From the NCBI RefSeq assembly GCF_006345805.1, contig NC_043004.1, positions 104,408,001 to 104,472,000 on the forward strand: DNA of 64,000 nt. The letters are read 5' to 3'. Both the position numbers and the translations under genes were made by a program. The notes under the pieces were generated by a model. It searched no databases, had not been told where the DNA came from, and was given only the letters and a program-made list of their open reading frames with translations. Source of the DNA: Octopus sinensis. Taxonomy: Eukaryota. Below, one piece after another: positions 23,991-37,489 of the stretch; position 1 is the stretch's first letter; every line of letters begins with the position of its first letter.

Positions 23991-25876
23991 AGCAGTACAG
24001 AAAAGATTGAAAAGCCACAGAATAATAATTGTAATACAGGATATTATTATTATTCTCAAAAGCATTCAACCATGATTATCCTGTTTTTTTTGTCTTTTTT
24101 TTTCTGATGTAGTGTATGTAAGTTTACATTACCCAGTGTTTATTTTAAGATACTTGGATGTAGTATGAGTGAGATTAGGCTGCTATTTCTTGCCGCTCTG
24201 GCCACCACATAAAGGCTCCTTTGCTGACTCATATCACCAGGGTAATTATCAGTTGCAAATGAAAAAAAGATGGTCTGGTGATGACTTTCTCTCTCTTTCT
24301 CCCTAATATTCTCACTCTCTGCTCTCTTTCTCTATTTATCTCTCTCTCTCTGCTCTCTTTCTCTATTTATCTCTCTCCCTCTGTTTCTTGCTCTTTTTCT
24401 CTTTCTTTATCCCTCCCTCCCTCTTTCTTTCTTTTCTCCCTCTCTGAATGCATCCTCCGACTAAATGATAGGTATATCAATGAAAGTGCAGTGAACAGAA
24501 AGTTGTTCCTGATGTTATTTACTTATGCTAATTAGTAGGAAGTTTACCAATTAACTGATATCAGATAAACTATTTTGCTTTAACGACTTTAATTAAATTG
24601 GTAATTTTAATAACAGCACCACCTTTACAATCCAATTTTGACTTAGCTGAAATGTAATAAAAAGGACTTCATTTCAAACCTTAGACATTATTTTTAATAT
24701 ATTTTATTTATTTATTATATCTTTAATTTTTTTTATTTTATTTACATATTTATTTAGGAGCTTATCTTTAAAACTCATTAATTGGATGTCTTTAATGTTT
24801 TGAACAAATTTTACTTAAAGGTTTGCCTTTACTAAATGCTTGAGAATATCATTATCATTAGCTTGCTTGGATTCCACTGTGGAAAAATAAGAGAGTCATT
24901 AGTGTATATTTTCCCTATTATTTGTTAGGACATGGAATCATTAGGATATATTTTCATACTATTTGTTAAAAATACTCTTTGTTATTTTAATGAGAATCAC
25001 GTTATTGTTTAATATTTCTCTTTTTTCTTTTTTTACATTTTTTTACCTCTCTCACTCTCACTCTCTCTCTCTCTCTCTCTCTCTCAGTATTGAAAACACA
25101 AAAGCAGAAAAAAAATTTAGCAAGTAAACTAACAAAAAAAAAAACAGTAAAGAAAGGAAAAATCTTTTCTATAAAGCATCTTTTTAGAGATAAAATTTGT
25201 TAAGCGGTTTACAGTTTCTGATTCATTGGAGATAATGACACTCAAAAGAATGGTAAAAATATAAAAATGGATTGCGAAAAAAAAAAAATAAAATAAAAAA
25301 AAAAGATCTCTTAAGGGTTTCCAGTAGAATATTTCATTACAGCAGAAGATGTTTTTCCTGATGGTGCGTCTTTCCCATATTCAAATATATCAACCCTAAT
25401 GCATTCTTGGCATAGCTAAATTGTACTTTCAAAGAGTTTTTAGCTGAGAAATTCTATAGTTCATGTTTGTTTATTGTAGAACTTTGAATTAATAGAGACA
25501 CAAAACTATATTGTGCAAATGACAGGTTGACTAGAAAAATCAGTTATTCCCTTGTTCTCCTGTCACTAATAGTGCTTGGCAGGAAATATGGTTCATTGCA
25601 TCTTCATCTTATTTTTATCTTCTTCCTTGTCTTTTTTTCTTTGTTTCTTTTGTCTTTTATTTATATTTTACTGGAAATTAAACTGACAGCTTTGTATGAA
25701 ACGTTGTTTGTAAGTAGGCTTCACAATTAGATTTTTGTAACACATCACTTTCACAAATGCAATTCTAATTTTCTTTTTGTTTTTTTCTTTTCTGTTAGTT
25801 ATATATTTATATACTTATTTATATATTTATTTTTATTTTCCAATTTTGGTTTTTGTTTTATAATAAATAAAATATG

Positions 25877-25934
<58 letters not shown>

Positions 25935-27414
25935 ATATTTGTGTGGTTTGGAAGGATTTTTCTTACTGTGAAGGAAGACCTTTCTGAGAAATATGATTCT
26001 GTATACTCTATCTGTTTCTGCTATGTGGTTTGTATGGGAACTGGAAAAATATTCCTCCAATATGTCTTGTTATCAAGTTTCCCTTTGAAATCCACCATTG
26101 TCTGTTTTGTTCCACACCTTCTGATGTGTTATTTACGACATGTTTTGATATAAATTTCCTGTTTTATTTGCCTTGTTTTAATTAAAATATTTATAGTTTT
26201 CATTTAAAATGAAGCCTACACTAAAGACTTGATTTCAATCCATTCACTTATGAATTTTATTAATTCATATATGTATCATCATCATCATTACCATCATCAT
26301 CATCAACCACTTGATAGAGCACACCTGGTGTATTTTATCATGGTACCAGTACTAGAAAGACCAATAAGTGCTCCCAACCTTATGTTATCTCCAGTCATTC
26401 ACTAACTTTACAGAATGCTTTGGGTGCATTTTATCATGGCACCAGTGCTAGAGAGAGATTCTCTTGTCTTCTCCATCACTAAATGGTTCTCACTATTTTA
26501 TACTGTTTCAATTATTCACGGCCAACATGGTTGTGGTGGATGCATGGAAGAGAATGATAAACGTGAAGGTGGAAGAAGAAAGAGTATAAGTATGATGGAA
26601 GAAGCAGTGTGATAAAAGTGAGAGGGTAGAAGAAGGACAGTGATAATCAGCTATCTTGGGCAGAATCCTTTATTTCCGTCCTCAACTAACCATCAACAAT
26701 GAATGAAGTTGCAATCTCTCAGCTACCACAAGTCAAAACCAACTCCAAACTAGACAAGCATCCCACTGATACATAAGTAGCAAAAACCACTTAGCAATTA
26801 TCCTCTGGTAGAGCTTTTGGACCAGAGGCTATACCAGCAAAAATGTTCAAGTCTGGAAGATTCATTCTGCTACAGAAGTTGACAGAACTGTTCTAGTTCT
26901 AGAAACAATGTAAATTCTCAAATGGTTTGATTGTCTGTGTATACAAGTGCAAGGGACAAAGACACTCCTGTGATAGCCATCATAGTATCTTCATACTGTC
27001 CATACTGGAAAGATCCTTGCAGAAGTCTTACCGAACTGTCTTATCAAATAGTTTGAGAACAGTTTGCTCCCAGAAAACCCGTGTAGTTTAAAAGTGGGAT
27101 GGGACACTGTAGATATGATATTTTCTGTGTGACACCTGCATGAGAAATACCAAGAGCAACACCAGGATCTAAACATCACATCTCTTAATCTAACAAAAGC
27201 ATTCAACACTGTAAATCACAAAGGTCTCGACATCATCAGATAGTTTCACAACATTATGATGGTTCATCTCCTTGATGGTCATGAAGCATCAGCAAACCTT
27301 CCCGTCAGCAATAACGTTAGTTAGAAGTGTGCTGTAGCACCATCAATCTTCAGCATGATGATATCAGGGATAACCATCCAAGTTATAGAACAGTTGAGAG
27401 ATGTCACATATTTT

Positions 27415-27941
27415 GCCCTTTAGCATTCAGATTACTTTGTCAAATGTAATGCTTATTTATTCACATTGTTTTGAATTAATCATGTTGTTGTCCCATAGCT
27501 TTGAGATTTCAATGAAGTGATTGCTTATTTTTAGAACAGCATTGAGAGACCATATCTGATCAGTTTGAACATAAAACAGGTGGAATATTTGGGCCAGATA
27601 TCATCAATTCAAATCAGTGGTTCCCAACCTGTGGTACATGAGGGCTTTCCAGGTGGTACGTGAGCACTTTCGGTGTAATATGTGATTTTAATATGCGCTG
27701 TGAGCAAGGTTATGCCCCGCATTGGCCAGCTGGTGGAGAAGAAACAGATTTAGCCCTCGCATTAAATTGAGTTGTGTTCTTTGTTGTTAGTTCATTTGTG
27801 TTTTCAACTTGTGATTAAATTGATATCTGATCGAATTGAGTTTTTCTGGAACCAGGTGGTACGTGGTGGCTGTACGAAACCTCCAAGTGGTACGTGATTA
27901 AAAAAAGTTTGGGAACGACTGATTTAGATGCTTAAGGGTTG
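27415..27941. mobile_element. piggyBac-like MITE (ccctttagcatt...atgcttaaggg) split by a hAT MITE
   Basis: Inverted ends ccctttagcat / atgcttaaggg. A related copy at about 59400-59583 ends in tttaaatgctaaagggtt. Confidence 0.55.
27615..27921. mobile_element. Non-autonomous hAT (Charlie-like) element
   Basis: TIRs cagtggttcccaac / gtttgggaacgactg, repeated gtggtac subterminal motifs, degenerate 8-bp TSD attcaaat / atttagat. Confidence 0.8.
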
Positions 27942-28124
27942 TAGGAGTCACTAAAATTCAAATCAATTCTATTTGTAACTTTCTCTTTGTTAACAGTAAG
28001 TGTTAGCACTGTAAATGACTTGCAGCAAAGTGAAGAGAAATTCTCCATGGCCTGTGATAACTTTGATTTGACTATCGGCATCAAAAAGACTGAGGTGGTG
28101 TACCACCATGTCACATGTATGTTC

Positions 28125-28495
28125 TTTTATTCTTTCATTTGTTTCAGTCATTTGACTGTGGCCATGCTGGAGTACCGCCTTTAGTTGAAGAAATCGACCC
28201 CAGGACTTATTCTTTGTAAGCCTAGTACTTATTCTATTGATCTATTTTTGCCGCTAAGTTACGGGAATGTAAACACACTAACATCGGTTGTCAAGCAATG
28301 GTGGGGGGGACAAACAGAGACACACAAATGCACACACACACACATGACAGGCTTCTTTCAGTTTCCATCTACCAAATTCACTCAGAAGACTTTGGCGAGA
28401 CCGAGGCTATAGTAGATGCTTGCCCACAGTAGGATTGAACCCAGAACCGTATGGTTGGTAAGCAAGCTACTTACTACACAGCTACTCCTGTGTCT
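28125..28495 (-). mobile_element. SINE family B
   Basis: Full-length reverse-complement match to the family consensus. Confidence 0.8.
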
Positions 28496-30119
28496 ATATT
28501 GTGCAAAAAAAGAGAAAAAAAATCAGTCTAAGTCAGCTGTGTTGAGGCAGTAGAGAAATTGACTTACCTTTGACTTCTCTCAGATGTGTTTGTATTGATA
28601 ATTAGGTCAATTCTAGAAAAACTAATATTTGGGAACATAGAAATATTAGTATCTTCACCAAGCTGTTGCACTCGCAGTGCTTATTTATGTCCGTAAGACA
28701 TCGACTGTCTACAGTGAACATGCCAGATGGCTAAATCACTTTCACACCACATGTTATTTGTAGATTGTTCCACATTAAATGACAGCACAAGGTTCCAGAC
28801 ACAGAAGCACTCCAGTAAGTGAAACTTCTATCAATACTACACACCCCACTGCAAAAGAACCAAGGCCACTGGACTGGTCATGTTATCTGTAAGCTTGCTA
28901 TGCAGAAGAGCAATTGTTGACCTGAAAATAAATCTTACAAGGATAGCAGAAAAAATAACATTGGCAAACATGAGCATTGATTGATATCAAAATTTAGGAA
29001 CAGCTATCTCTGAACAGGCTCTTATGGTACAAGGGTTCATAAAAACATGTGTTTGTGTAGCAGAAGCTGGCTCTTCAAATGAAGCCACACGTCTCATACG
29101 TATATGCAATATAGATTTAGAATGTTCTTAATTGAAAGAACGTACTGGTAGAGGATACTTGAGGTGCACTTCTGAATGGTTAAGTAGAAGGCAGAATCAC
29201 AAGAAATTAGGACATATGTTTTTCTCCAAGCGCTGATCAATTGACACATTATAATCACAATTTTGAATAGTTCAGGACCTGATTGAAGGATTCCTCTCAT
29301 CTGTTACTAATGCTAGCCTTATTTCTGTGACAACTTGCAAAATAATAATTGCAGGTTCAACTCTTGATAGGAACTTCAAAAGAGCACATTTTAAATTTAC
29401 TACCTCTGTTAGTCTTACTGCTTCAGAGAATTTAGATTTAACTTCAGGCTTAGTATCATTCATTACCTGAGAGACTGATAGATGATTCTCCTTGTGGATA
29501 GGGCACTAATTTACCATAGGTACTCTCCCAAAAGATCTGGTGCTAACAACAACCCACTTCTATGTAAAATATAGAATTAATTATATGTCATGCTCTAAAC
29601 ACTTTTGATTAATACAATAATAATAAAGCAACTGTTTCTAATCTGTCATTTTACTGATACAAATTACTAATATTTGTATTTGTAGAAAACTAGAGATTAT
29701 TAAATTGGTTGAATTCCAAGGATTACGTAACCAATAATGTTACCCAAATATCAATTCCTTTCCTCTGACACTGGCTAATGAACACCCCCATTCAGGTGTT
29801 TCTCTACATTTTGGCAACTTATATTATGAAATTGCCTGTGGTGGATCATATTAACATAGTGATATACTTGTTTTGTGTTTGATCTAGTAGTTTTAGTGGA
29901 TTCACTGTTTGTTAGTCACCCAACTAACTAATAGCCTGGCAAACTTGCTGCTTAACCCTGTTGGCAATCTAACGTTTTTCAGCATTTAATACCGTTGTTG
30001 TTAACCGTAGCCTCAGTTAGCAGCAAATGATCCTATATGATGGCCACCCCTCATGATTAGTCATTTAACTATTATAACAGTTTCTCTTCCAAGGTGGAAA
30101 ATATGCAGTTTCTTAGGAT

Positions 30120-30476
30120 TCATATTTCTTTCTTTCTTCCTTTCTTTTTTCTTTCTTTCTTTCTTCCTTTCTTTCTTTCTTTCTTTCTTTATTTTTTTCT
30201 TATATTATTCTTTTCTACATCGTTTTTTTCCCCTTTTTTTCTTATTCTTTTGCTTCCTGTCTGATACTTTGTGTTGTTGTTCAGCCTCAGGACAGACCTA
30301 TGATCCGGTGCCTTCTAGTCGTTGCATCCATCCGACCTTTCTTGCACTCTCTACAACTACATCATCAAATGTATTCTTCCTTTATTTATGTTTTCTCTTT
30401 CTTTCCTTCTTGCTTTGTTTTTTCTCTCCTTTCTTTCTATATTTGTTTCTTTTCTCTTGCTTTTGATCTCTTTCTT

Positions 30477-30507
<31 letters not shown>

Positions 30508-30575
30508 TTCTCACTTTCTCTCTCATATTGTCTCTCTGCCTTTCGTGCTCTCCCTCCTTCTCCCTCCTCTGCGCT
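30120..30575. repeat. Pyrimidine-rich (TTTC)n / (CT)n tract
   Basis: Directly visible. Confidence 0.85.
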
Positions 30576-30589
30576 TCTTTTGCTCTCCA

Positions 30590-30790
30590 GACTGAGAAGC
30601 CAACAAAAGAGCCTCTACATGGTCGCTCCATTTGCTAGAAATAGCAACCAAAACAACCTTAAATTACATCTCAAAAAAACAAAAAAAAACATTGGATAAT
30701 GTAATCATAGGTTGTTTACACATAGAAAATAGATGTAATGGTCATGGCTGGATTGCAGGCTTGATCTGGGGTTAAACAACAATCATTGCT
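30590..30790 (+). repeat. Interspersed repeat family E fragment
   Basis: tgctagaaatagca.cca...ggggttaaacaac motifs also at about 31860-32040, 32750-32880, 44200-44480 and 63500-63570. Confidence 0.5.
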
Positions 30791-30897
30791 CTCAGAATTA
30801 AAGTCTTCAGTTTATGATAATTCTGATGATTATTAGGCAGAATAGAGTCTTCCTTATTTCTCTGAAAAAAAAAGTAAAAGAAAAAAAAAACTTTTTC

Positions 30898-31285
30898 ACA
30901 GGAGTGGCTGTGTGGTAAGTAGCTTGTTTACCAACCACATGGTTCCGGGTTCAGTCCCACTGCGTGGCACCTTGGGCAAGTGTCTTCTACTATAGCCTCG
31001 GGCCGACCAAAGCCTTGTGAGTGGATTTGGTAGACGGAAACTGAAAGAAGCCCATCGTATATATGTATGTGTGCGTGTATGTTTGTGTGTCTGTGTTTGT
31101 CCCCCTAGCATTGCTTGACAACCGATGCTGGTGTGTTTACGTCCCCGTCACTTAGCGGTTCGGCAAAAAAAGACCGATAGAATAAGTACTGGGCTTACAA
31201 AGAATAAGTCCTGGGGTCGAGTTGCTCGATTAAAGGCGGTGCTCCAGCATGGCCGCAGTCAAATGACTGAAACAAGTAAAAAGAA
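30898..31285 (+). mobile_element. SINE family B, young full-length copy
   Basis: Near-consensus with CpGs retained. Confidence 0.88.
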
Positions 31286-31304
31286 AAAAAAAGAAAGAAA
31301 AACA

Positions 31305-31700
31305 GGCACAGGTGTTACTGTATTGTAAGAAGATTGCTTCCCAACTATATGGTTCCAAGTTCAGTCCTACTGTGTGGCATCTTGGACAAGTGTCTTCCAC
31401 TATAGCCCCAAGCTGAACAAAGCCTTGTGAGTGGATTTAGTAGATGAAAACTGAAAGAAGACCAGTGTGTGTGTGTGTGCCTTTGTATCTACGTTTGTTC
31501 CCCACCACTGCTTGACAGCCGGTATTGGTGTGTTTACATCCTCATAATTTAGAGGTATGGCAAAAGAGACTGATAGAATTAGTACTAGGTTTAAAAAGAA
31601 GAAAATAAATACTGGGGTCAGTTCATTAGATTAAAGATTCTTTAAGGCAGTGCCCCAGCATGGCCACAGTCCAATGACTGAAAGAAGTAAAAGATAAAAG
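31305..31700 (+). mobile_element. SINE family B, older copy in tandem
   Basis: Diverged match immediately downstream of the previous copy. Confidence 0.78.
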
Positions 31701-32202
31701 ATGTCAGTTTATCTCATGTATAATGTGATAGTTAATTGATGGTATAATACATGTATTATCTATAATCTGGTAAGAAATACAATTATTCTGAAGTAAGAAA
31801 TATCATTCTCATCTCTTTTGCTATCAAAGATTCCTCCTATAAAATTAAACGATACATGAGAGTCTGTGTGGGTGCTCAGTCTGCTAGAAATAGTAGCAGA
31901 GCTCCCCTGATTCACACTACTCACTTAAAAAAACCAAAAAAACACTACATTGTCTAATGTAGTCTTGAGAAATTCTCTGAGCCCAGGTCTGCTTGATTGA
32001 GATCGACCTGAGAGTAAAGAACAACAACAACCACAACAACCAGTGACAATGCATTTACTGATACCTTCAATAAGAACCCCACTAAGAATGATAGCTACAA
32101 CAACATAACGGTCTCCAATCCTGACACAAAGCCAAGAATTTTAAGCAAGGGGGTAAGTCAATTACATCACCCCCAGTACTCGACTGGTATTTATTTTATC
32201 AA

Positions 32203-32432
32203 GGCGGCGAGCTGGCAGAAACATTAGCACACCGGGCGAAATGCTTAGCGGTATTTCGTCTGCGTTACATTGTGAGTTCAAATTCCGCCGAGGTCGACTT
32301 TGCCTTTCATCCTTTCGGGGTCGATAAATTAAGTACCAGTTATGCACTGGGGTCGATGTAATCGACTTAATACCTATGTCTGTCCTTGTTTGTCCCCTCT
32401 GTGTTTAGCCCCTTGTGGGTAATAAAGAAATA
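32203..32432 (+). mobile_element. SINE family A, young copy inserted in an older antisense family A copy
   Basis: Near-consensus; flanked by the imperfect TSD ggtatttattttatcaa / ggtatacattttatcaa. Confidence 0.85.
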
Positions 32433-34481
32433 GGTATACATTTTATCAACCTTGAAGAGATGAAAGGCAGGCTCAACCTTGGCAATATTTGAACACAGAA
32501 CATAAAGATCTGCAAGAAATGCTGCTGTCTGGTATTCTAATGTTTCTGCCAGCTTGCTGCCCTAGAATTTAATATTGTAAGGCATTAAGTCTGGTGCTTT
32601 ACCATTCTTGCCATTCTACTGTCTAATAACAACAACAATAACAACAACCAACATAAATATGATGAACAACATTATCACCAACAGCAACAAGCCCTGGTCT
32701 GCAAGCTGATGTGGAAGCCTCTAATCCTGAAAAGACAGAGGGAAACAAACAAACAAAAAAAGGGCCAGTATTTTCGAGATTGGAATGCCTTTGATATATG
32801 GGGCCTGCCCCGATCCTGACTGAACTGGGGTTAAGCAACATCATAGGTTCATTCAATCAAAACTGAAATAAGGCTAAATGGCAACAACAAAAACAATAAT
32901 GCTATGACATTAAAAGTCTTTTTAATTTAATTAGTTTCTTTGTTTTGTTAATGCGGTTTGTTTTGTTTTTATTTCACTTTAAAGGAAATTTCACTGAAGC
33001 CTTACATCTTTCCAGATGATCTCCATAGATCTGGATGAACAAATGAAAGAATTCTAACTATATTTATGTATTTTTGTTATTCACACTCCTAATTCTGGGA
33101 CAAATGTTTATCAGGGAACACTGTCTGGGAATAATGTGGCATCTTCTATAGGAAAATAGTTTCAGCTTTGTATTTATGGAAATATCTTAGCATCCCACAA
33201 AATTATATATGTATATATATGTACATATGTACATGCGCATATATATAGAGAGAGAGGGAGAGAGAGAGAGAGAAATATATCATCTACATCATTTAATGAA
33301 CCATATATATGTGTGTGTGTATGCAAATGCATGTGTGTGTGTGTATATATATATATTATATTATATTATATTATATTCTTTTCACAGAAAATATAATCTT
33401 TTGATGACAACATTTAAATTCAAGAAGGAAATATTTTCACATAAATTTATTTCAAAACAAAAAAGCAACATGCTTTTCAGAAGCAACATGCATGCAACAT
33501 GCCTCATAACCAGCCACACCCTCTTCTCCTTTCTCTCTCTCTCTCCATCTCCCCCCCACCCCTAGTTTTCAGCCATGTCCACTTCAGCGTTTCATTGTTC
33601 TATTGATGTTACTGTCTACTGCTACTACTACTCCTGGGAAATTTCCAGTGCTGTCCCACCAACCAACAAACCTGACACGACTGCAGCAGTTGTACGTACA
33701 CTGTTGACATATCCTCAAGCTCTACGTACACTCTCTGGCAGACTTCTACATTCTTTCCCCCAACATTTATCGGTCCACTAAATCAGAATTGCTTCTCATA
33801 CTTTAGAACAATAACTCAACTCTTTAGTTTGCTCAGGATCAATATTGTATCAGCTTCTTTTATTCGTCCGGGGTGGGGGGGGGAGAGTTTTTTAAGGGTA
33901 TGCGTTGGTTGTACAGGGGTTTACACAGCATTATGTGTGTATTATTGTCTGCCCTAAGAACAACATGCATTCAATATACCGGCTGACATATGGCACTCCA
34001 TGCACCAGTTCAGATCTGATAATATTTGGAAGAGGGAGCAGAATACAGACTGGGCTCGTGCAAAGCCCAGTACATTTTAAACGGGGCTAAACTGTTCGAG
34101 GCTTTCGGCAGCATCCAACTCCTGCTATCTTACTCTGCTGCATTCATTCATGTATTTGTCTTTCTTTGGTGGGAGATCCCTCTCCTTCTTCCCATTGCAG
34201 CAACTACTACTACTACTACTACTGCTACTTCTACTACTACTACTGCTGCTGCTGCTACAAAGACTACATGCACTTGCACTCGCGCACACATGCACTCGCA
34301 CACATGCGCGTGTGTGTACACAAACAAGCATACAAAACAAAGCCACGTGCATGTGGGTACATGCATGAGTTCAGTCAATACACACACACACACACACACA
34401 CACATACTTATAAATATACATATATACACTTATGCGTGTTTGTGCATATGCATATGTGTGTGTATATATAATATATATATA

Positions 34482-34520
<39 letters not shown>

Positions 34521-34718
34521 TATTTTTTAATAATATATCATTATTATTATTAATATAAGGAAATAAATATCCAAACTCTTCATAGAGATATACCCGTGTG
34601 AAAAAAAAAAAAAATATATATATGTATGTATTATGCTGCATTTCAATTATTCCCTGTCTGCTTTCAAATCAATAATATACAGGAGTTTGAAATATATCAC
34701 GACTTCAAAAAAAATAAA

Positions 34719-35194
34719 TGTATTCAGTGACTGAGAGGAAGACTACGTTGTACCTATTGTTTAAACATACTTTATTCCTAAAACACAGATAGTGGGAACT
34801 AGTCGTTGGAATGACGGAGCTTTTGACTCGGCTTGACTGAGCTGAACACTTGTGAATTCTGATCTACATAAAACATCTTTCTAAAACTGCTGCTGGGATA
34901 GTTTCTAATGTTAAGGGTTCACAGTGTTCCTTTGTCTGCTTTTTAATCTGTCCTCTCTTTGTCGTCTCCTCACAGGCATACTTCAATATATCGATTACTG
35001 ATTTTCCTGGGCAATGGACCATTTGATTTGATATAGTTAACTCCCAGTCAGTCTAGCCTATTGTTTGCCGTTGGAGTGAATACTGCTGGCTATAGAACTG
35101 GCTGTGAGAGAGAAAACATGTCTTGGGAAAGGGAACGGTGTGGGAGAAATACCAGTTAAATTACCCTAGAATAAAAGGGTTTTTATGGAATACG
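34719..35194 (-). mobile_element. Possible solo LTR
   Basis: Ends TGTATTC...GAATACG (imperfect inverted termini); minus-strand AATAAA about 50 nt from the ACA end; TSD ambiguous. Confidence 0.35.
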
Positions 35195-35339
35195 AAATAA
35201 TGCAAAACAGAAATAGAGATAAGATGTATGTGCATGTGTAGTACACCCACACATACATTCAGACATGTGTGTGTGCATGTGCATATATATGTGTGTGTAT
35301 ATGTATGTGCATATGTATGTATGTACATATGTATGTGTA

Positions 35340-36357
35340 TGTACAAACGTATGTACCTACCTACCTACATACATACATAATACATACATACATACATACA
35401 TACATACATACATACATACATACATACATACATACATACATACATACATGCATACATACATACATACATACATACATACATGCATACATACATACATACA
35501 TACATACATACATACGTACGTACATCATACATACATACATACATACATACATACATACATACATACATACATACATACATACATACATACATACGTACAT
35601 ACATACATACATAAGTACGTACATCATACATACATACATACATACATACATATACATACATACATACATACATACATACATACATAATACATACATACAT
35701 ACATACATACATCATACATACATACATACATACATACATACATACATGCATACATACATACATACATAATACATACGTACATACTACATACATACATAAG
35801 TACGTACATCATACATACATACATACATACATACATACATACATACATACATACATACATACATACATACATACATACATACATACCTACATACATACAT
35901 ACATACATACATACATACATACATACATGCATACATACATACATACATACATACATACATGCATACATACATACATACATACATACATACATACGTACGT
36001 ACATCATACATACATACATACATACATACATACATACATACATGCATACATACATACATACATACATACATACGTACATACATACATACATACATACGTA
36101 CGTACATCATACATACATACATACATACATACATACATACATACATACATACATACATACATACATACATAATACATACATACATACATACATACATACA
36201 TACATACATACATACATACATACATACATACATACATACACATACATACATACATACGTACATACGTACATACATACATACGTACGTACATCATACATAC
36301 ATACATACATACATACATACATAATACATACATACATACATACATACATACATACAT

Positions 36358-36416
<59 letters not shown>

Positions 36417-36420
36417 TACA
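35340..36420. repeat. About 1.1-kb (TACA)n microsatellite with recurring variant units
   Basis: Directly visible. Confidence 0.97.
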
Positions 36421-36831
36421 GTGCTGGCATGGCTATGTAGTTGAGAGGTTTGCTTCCCAACCATGTGGTTTCAAGTTCTGTGCCACTGTATGGCACCTTG
36501 GGCAAGTGTCTTCCACTATAACCCCAGGCTGACCAAAGCCACGAGAGTAAATTTGGTTGTTAGAAACTGATAGAAGACTCTGGTGTTGTGTATGTGTGTG
36601 TATTCATGTGTGTGTGAGTGTGTTTGTATAATGGTCATCACACTCACTCTCCCATCCTCCTTTAAGTCATGGGGACTGTTTCTGCTCTTTAATCTTGAAA
36701 ATTGTCAGACAATCTCACAATAAGTACCCACTATGCACTATAAAGTGGTTGGCATTAGGAAGGGCGTCCATTTGTAATGCACACAACACACACATACAGC
36801 ATGCTGCACACACGTTCACATGCAAAATACC

Positions 36832-36832
36832 C

Positions 36833-36909
<77 letters not shown>

Positions 36910-36910
36910 C

Positions 36911-36961
<51 letters not shown>

Positions 36962-36991
36962 CTTATCTATCTATCTATCTATCTATCTACG

Positions 36992-37060
<69 letters not shown>
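36832..37060. repeat. (TATC)n microsatellite
   Basis: Directly visible. Confidence 0.97.
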
Positions 37061-37061
<1 letters not shown>

Positions 37062-37489
37062 CCTCACACACACATGCAGCATATACACAAACGCACAGCT
37101 TATAGACAAGCAGATATGCACGTATTTACACGATGCAACATACAGAAAATTGTAAGACAATCTTACTAGTGTTGGTACCACAAAGAAAAAAAAAGAAAAA
37201 CTCAGTATGCACTGTAAAGTGGTTGGCTTTAGGAAGAGTACTCAGCCATTAAAACCATGCTGGATTGGAAATATTGAAGCTTGACATGGTCCTCCAGCCT
37301 GCCAGGTCTTGTCAGACCATCCAACCGATATCAGCATGGGAAGCAGACAAAAAATGACAATGATGGTGGTAAGACTAATTATGATGAGGGCAGCAGCGGC
37401 AGCCAGCAACCAGTGAAGAAGAAGGACGATGATGATGATGCTGATGATGACAGTCGCAGTGGCAGTGACCAACAATATGCCTGTGTGAA

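Larger units (their letters stand above)
26680..29090 (+). mobile_element. Old RTE/BovB-like LINE ORF2, fragmented by later insertions
   Basis: Fragments TGKILA, DTVDMIFSV, LTKAFNTVN, FSMACDNFDLTIGIKKTEVVY and WTGHVI in order. Confidence 0.8.

Noticed and set aside
29272-29467. 63-aa minus-strand ORF preceded by cag, as a possible nested gene exon
   Set aside because: No recognisable homology and no partner exons found.
30898-30975. SINE heads (families A, B, D and 38115-38180) as functional tRNA genes
   Set aside because: A and B boxes are present but no complete cloverleaf, and each continues into a repeat body.
33005-33035. Small hairpin tccagat...atctgga as a miRNA
   Set aside because: Stem too short, and no match to conserved miRNAs I recall.
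35161-37169. Long ORFs of YIHT / MYVC / IYLS repeats
   Set aside because: Translations of (TACA)n and (TATC)n microsatellites.
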